Of a stretch of DNA of 64,000 nt, positions 60,617-64,000 are shown piece after piece. How positions within the stretch are numbered: position 1 is the stretch's first letter; each line of letters begins with the position of its first letter. A model generated the notes under the pieces. It worked only from the letters and a program-made list of their open reading frames with translations, was not told the DNA's origin and made no database searches. Origin of the DNA: Camelus ferus (lineage: Eukaryota); NCBI RefSeq assembly GCF_009834535.1, contig NC_045719.1:14198001-14262000 (forward strand), given 5' to 3'. A program made the position numbers and the translations under genes.

Positions 60617-61168
60617 TGTTAGCAGACAAAGGAGACCTCAAATGGGGTGTCCTTCGCATGGGGGTTCTTGCCCTCAAGCTGGAAAGAATTCATAGCTGAG
60701 GCAGAGGGACAGAGCAAAAGCTGCTTCGTTGCTCAAAAGGAAAGAGGAAAATACACTTGAGTAGGAAAGACACTTGAGTCGGGGAGCTGTAAGACAGGAG
60801 AAATCCTACTTGTGGGGTCTTGGCTGGGTCCTTTTATTTGTCCTCTTTGATGCTTCTTTTCTTTCCATTGGCTGTTCCTTTCCTGCTTGCTTTCCAGTTT
60901 GTTCTGCTCTGTGGAACAAACACTCTGCAAAAACACAGTCAGGTAACCAGGGACCCTCAAACAGTGTGGTCAAGCTAGGCCGAGCAAGTGAGACCCTAAA
61001 ACAATGTGGTCATAAAGATTAGAGCTAGTCAGCGCTTTCTATTCCTTTGGGATGGCTGTGCCCATTACTCCAGTACTCTCTGAGGTCAGTTAGAAGTTAA
61101 TTTTAAACTTTAAAGAAGTCTCTGAACAATGGGTCCGGGTTTCAGTTCCATAGTTCCTGCCTCCCTCA
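60617..61168 (-). mobile_element. ERV1-type solo LTR (552 bp)
   Basis: TG...CA termini; 4-bp TSD GACT at 60613-60616 and 61169-61172; minus-strand CCAAT (60871-60867) and AATAAAA (60838-60832); 40-bp-period U3 repeat. Confidence 0.82.
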
Positions 61169-62939
61169 GACTCAAGCAGGAAAAAAAAAAGAAAGCAAAA
61201 AGAGACTTTCTAAGTAATTGAGTTTCAGGCACATATCCAGATAAATGATACAAAGTGAAGCATCAGAAGAGTTCTGGGTTTGAGATGGACTCGTGCACTT
61301 ATGTGGTGAAGACATTTTATCAGAGCCACTTACCAGCTTTGTGTTATCCTGGAGCAAACACCAAGCTAACTGCAACTACCCTTGCCTGCCAGGACGTACA
61401 ACGTCCCACATGACAGATATTTGCCATACAATCTCTTCGACTTGGGGGAAGTTTGGAAATCAATGTTTCCCTAATACTGAACTACCATTTATTTCACTCA
61501 TTTAGTTAACAGAGAGTCACAGAAAAGTATAACAAAGTGATTAGATCTAACTCCCCATTTTACTGAAGAAACATACTCCCGAAGAAGGAGTTGCATGATT
61601 TATTTAAAGGTGCCGATGAGTTCTAAAAAGGTTGAGATTAAAAACTCAGAATTTTAAACACCTAGTCCTTTCTCTTAAAAAAATTTTATGGAGCTAAATT
61701 AATCTGTTAAACTCAAAATGGTTCAAACCCATAGTGCTGGATTTTTCTTTCCTGTTTAAACCTAAGATGTATTGGCAGGTTTTAAATTATTATTATTATT
61801 GGAAGAAACAGTACACCTAATTATAACCATAAAAAACAACACTGTATCTACAAGTTAAATCCTGTTCTAGTTTTTAGGAAACAATCCAAATTATTTTACT
61901 GCAAACAATCAATGAACCATGTAGAGTTTCAGAAATACTTTCACTAATTGGAAGTTTTTTAAATGATATTTATTCTCATAAGATTTCTGTGTTATTCAGA
62001 AAGGAGGAATTTTAATTACTGATTGTTTAGGTGAAAATTTTGTATGAGATAAGGGAAATGTTAAAATAATTAGATATTGCTATTTTTTATTTAAAAAATA
62101 AAGAAAATACAGGCTTCAGGCCAGACCACAACGTTACAATGTTTAAAATATAACAAAGACTCAGTTTGGTGTTCATTGTGCAAAGACTGACTTCGATTGG
62201 GTCTGTGGCAGGAGGAAGAGGGAACGGCTTGGCTTGCTACAAAATGAACGGTTTACTTGGTTTACCCACCCTTGCACTCATGCGACTATTGTTTAAAATA
62301 TTTCATTTGGTATGTCTAGTAAATTGATTACTTTTTTGTAGTCTAGCTAGCACATGAAAATGTACCCGATGATAAATTCTGTGTGCTGACGTAACCTGTA
62401 AAGACCAAAATCACACGAGTGCACTCAATTATAATATGAGATGATGAAATATTTTCTTCTTTTTTTTGCAATTCAATCATTTACTGTGAGTATACTACGT
62501 TCATTGTAACCTTGACATTATAAGGCTAAGATTTAAAGATTTTTTTTCTCACAGGTCCGTAAATCTCCAAAAAACCTAATGCCAGTGAACTTTTCTTGTT
62601 ATTTCATTTTATTAATGTCCCCCTGATTTTATAAATAATAAATGCTTTTTGTAAAGTGAAAACACAAACATAAATGAAGAAATATTTCATCTGGAGATCA
62701 CCACCTAACATTTTAGTATATTACATAGAGTCTTATGTTTATGTGAATTTGGAAATAACACTGACCTGGAGAATTGTCCTACTTTTTCATTAATACTAGA
62801 TTTTATGACTTATTTGATTAAATAGCCTTCAAAATAAAATAATTGCATGATATTCCATTATCATCATCACAACAATAATAGCCACATTTATTCTCATAAG
62901 ATGTCTATATGTGGTAGGCAAAAGAGGAGTTTAAATTAC

Positions 62940-63120
62940 TGATGTATTGATGAGCCAGGCACTAAGACAAGGATCTTTATATGTATTACCTCATTTACTC
63001 CTATTTTGTCCCCATTTTATATGTAAGAAAGCTGAGGCTTCCCTGGCTTATCAAGACTCTTCAGTTAGTGAGAACAAAGCTGAAATCTGGATTCACGTCC
63101 TTCAGGCCACGAAGTCAGTG
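62940..63120 (-). mobile_element. MIR
   Basis: GAGCCAGGCACTAAG...ACCTCATTTA...CCCCATTTTATATGTAAGAAAGCTGAGGCT. Confidence 0.7.
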
Positions 63121-63603
63121 CCCCTGGTCAGTATGTCCATTATCCCCAGTTACGGTACCTTGTATCACAATAACACATTACAGATCACTTACCTTCCTAT
63201 CATGGGACACTTAGTTTATTTCCAATTATCCACATATTTCACATCACTGAGATAAGCATCCTTGCACGTATGGGGACTCTCTACACCATTATCTTACCTT
63301 CCCAGGATAAATTATTTTTATCTGACTTGGCTGTTAATTTTGCATCAAAGTTCTGTCTGTTGGTCCCCACACCCCTCCTTTCAACTCTGGCTTTTAGGAC
63401 CTCATGTCCTTGGTTTCTAGAAATTTTCCAGTTGGCTCACTTTCCATGGAAACACTCCTTGAGCTGAAGTCTTGACTTTTCCCCATAGCCCTTCTCTGTT
63501 TCATAGGCATCTCTGAAGGTTGCTGCCCTCCTGATCATCCAGTGAGCCTTTCCTGTCACCTTACCTGACTTGGCTTCCACACACAGCACAAGGGCTGCCA
63601 AGC

Positions 63604-63622
63604 AGCTGCCACCTCGTGGACA
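63604..63622 (-). promoter_or_regulatory. CTCF-like motif TGTCCACGAGGTGGCAGCT
   Basis: One mismatch to the core CCASYAGRKGGCR. Confidence 0.35.
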
Positions 63623-64000
63623 GAGTCACATGTTGCACCTGGTGTTGACTTTCCTGGTCCCTTTGTCTCTGGAGAGTTGACAATCCAGATTTGTTTTTGG
63701 ACTGAAGCAACGTAATCTGCACGCATGTTACCGGCTAGCAGCATTCACGTGTGTGGCGAAATTGGTTCATCTGTACTGAGTGTTTACTGAGTGTCCTCGT
63801 CCCATGATTCTAGTTCCCCTCCATGTGGTTGGCAGGAATCACGGCGTACAGAGTATATTCTAAAATTGTTACTTTACTGAATTGTGGAATTTTACTAATT
63901 GATGTATTTCCACTCTTTGGTACCTTCCTAGCATCTTGCTTAATGTATCTTGTATAAAGAAGCAAACTTAAAATACTTCAGTTTCATAAACTTCCAAATA

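Noticed and set aside
1-64000. CRISPR arrays, rRNA, snoRNA or miRNA genes, or a second protein-coding gene
   Set aside because: This is eukaryotic genomic DNA with no regularly spaced repeat-spacer array, no recognisable structural RNA and no other spliceable coding exons that I could support.

Overview
Mammalian genomic DNA, most likely from a camelid (inferred from five tRNA-derived SINEs resembling the camelid Vic-1 family and the absence of recognisable Alu, Bov-A/tA, PRE-1, ERE or Can-SINEs). The window holds one complete protein-coding gene, desmocollin-3 (DSC3), on the minus strand. All 16 constitutive coding exons plus the 43-nt b-isoform cassette exon were mapped by hand with canonical GT-AG sites and consistent phases. 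DSC3a is 2694 nt (897 aa) and DSC3b is 840 aa, with exon 1 in a CpG island. The rest is intronic or intergenic DNA with L1, L2, L3, MIR and hAT relics, two TSD-bounded ERV1-type solo LTRs flanking the gene, microsatellites and five N blocks. No RNA gene, CRISPR array or second gene is supported, and I found no convincing novel biological system. The best leads are: an altered N-glycosylation map and a Pro-to-Ser change in a conserved DSC3 motif; a sense-oriented solo LTR with promoter motifs 8.3 kb upstream; a sense SINE in the 3' UTR; a composite inverted L1 inside a single 16-bp TSD; and CTCF-like motifs on either side of the gene. Repeat family names and comparisons with human proteins come from recalled consensus sequences, not from database searches. 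Most repeat boundaries without a TSD are approximate.
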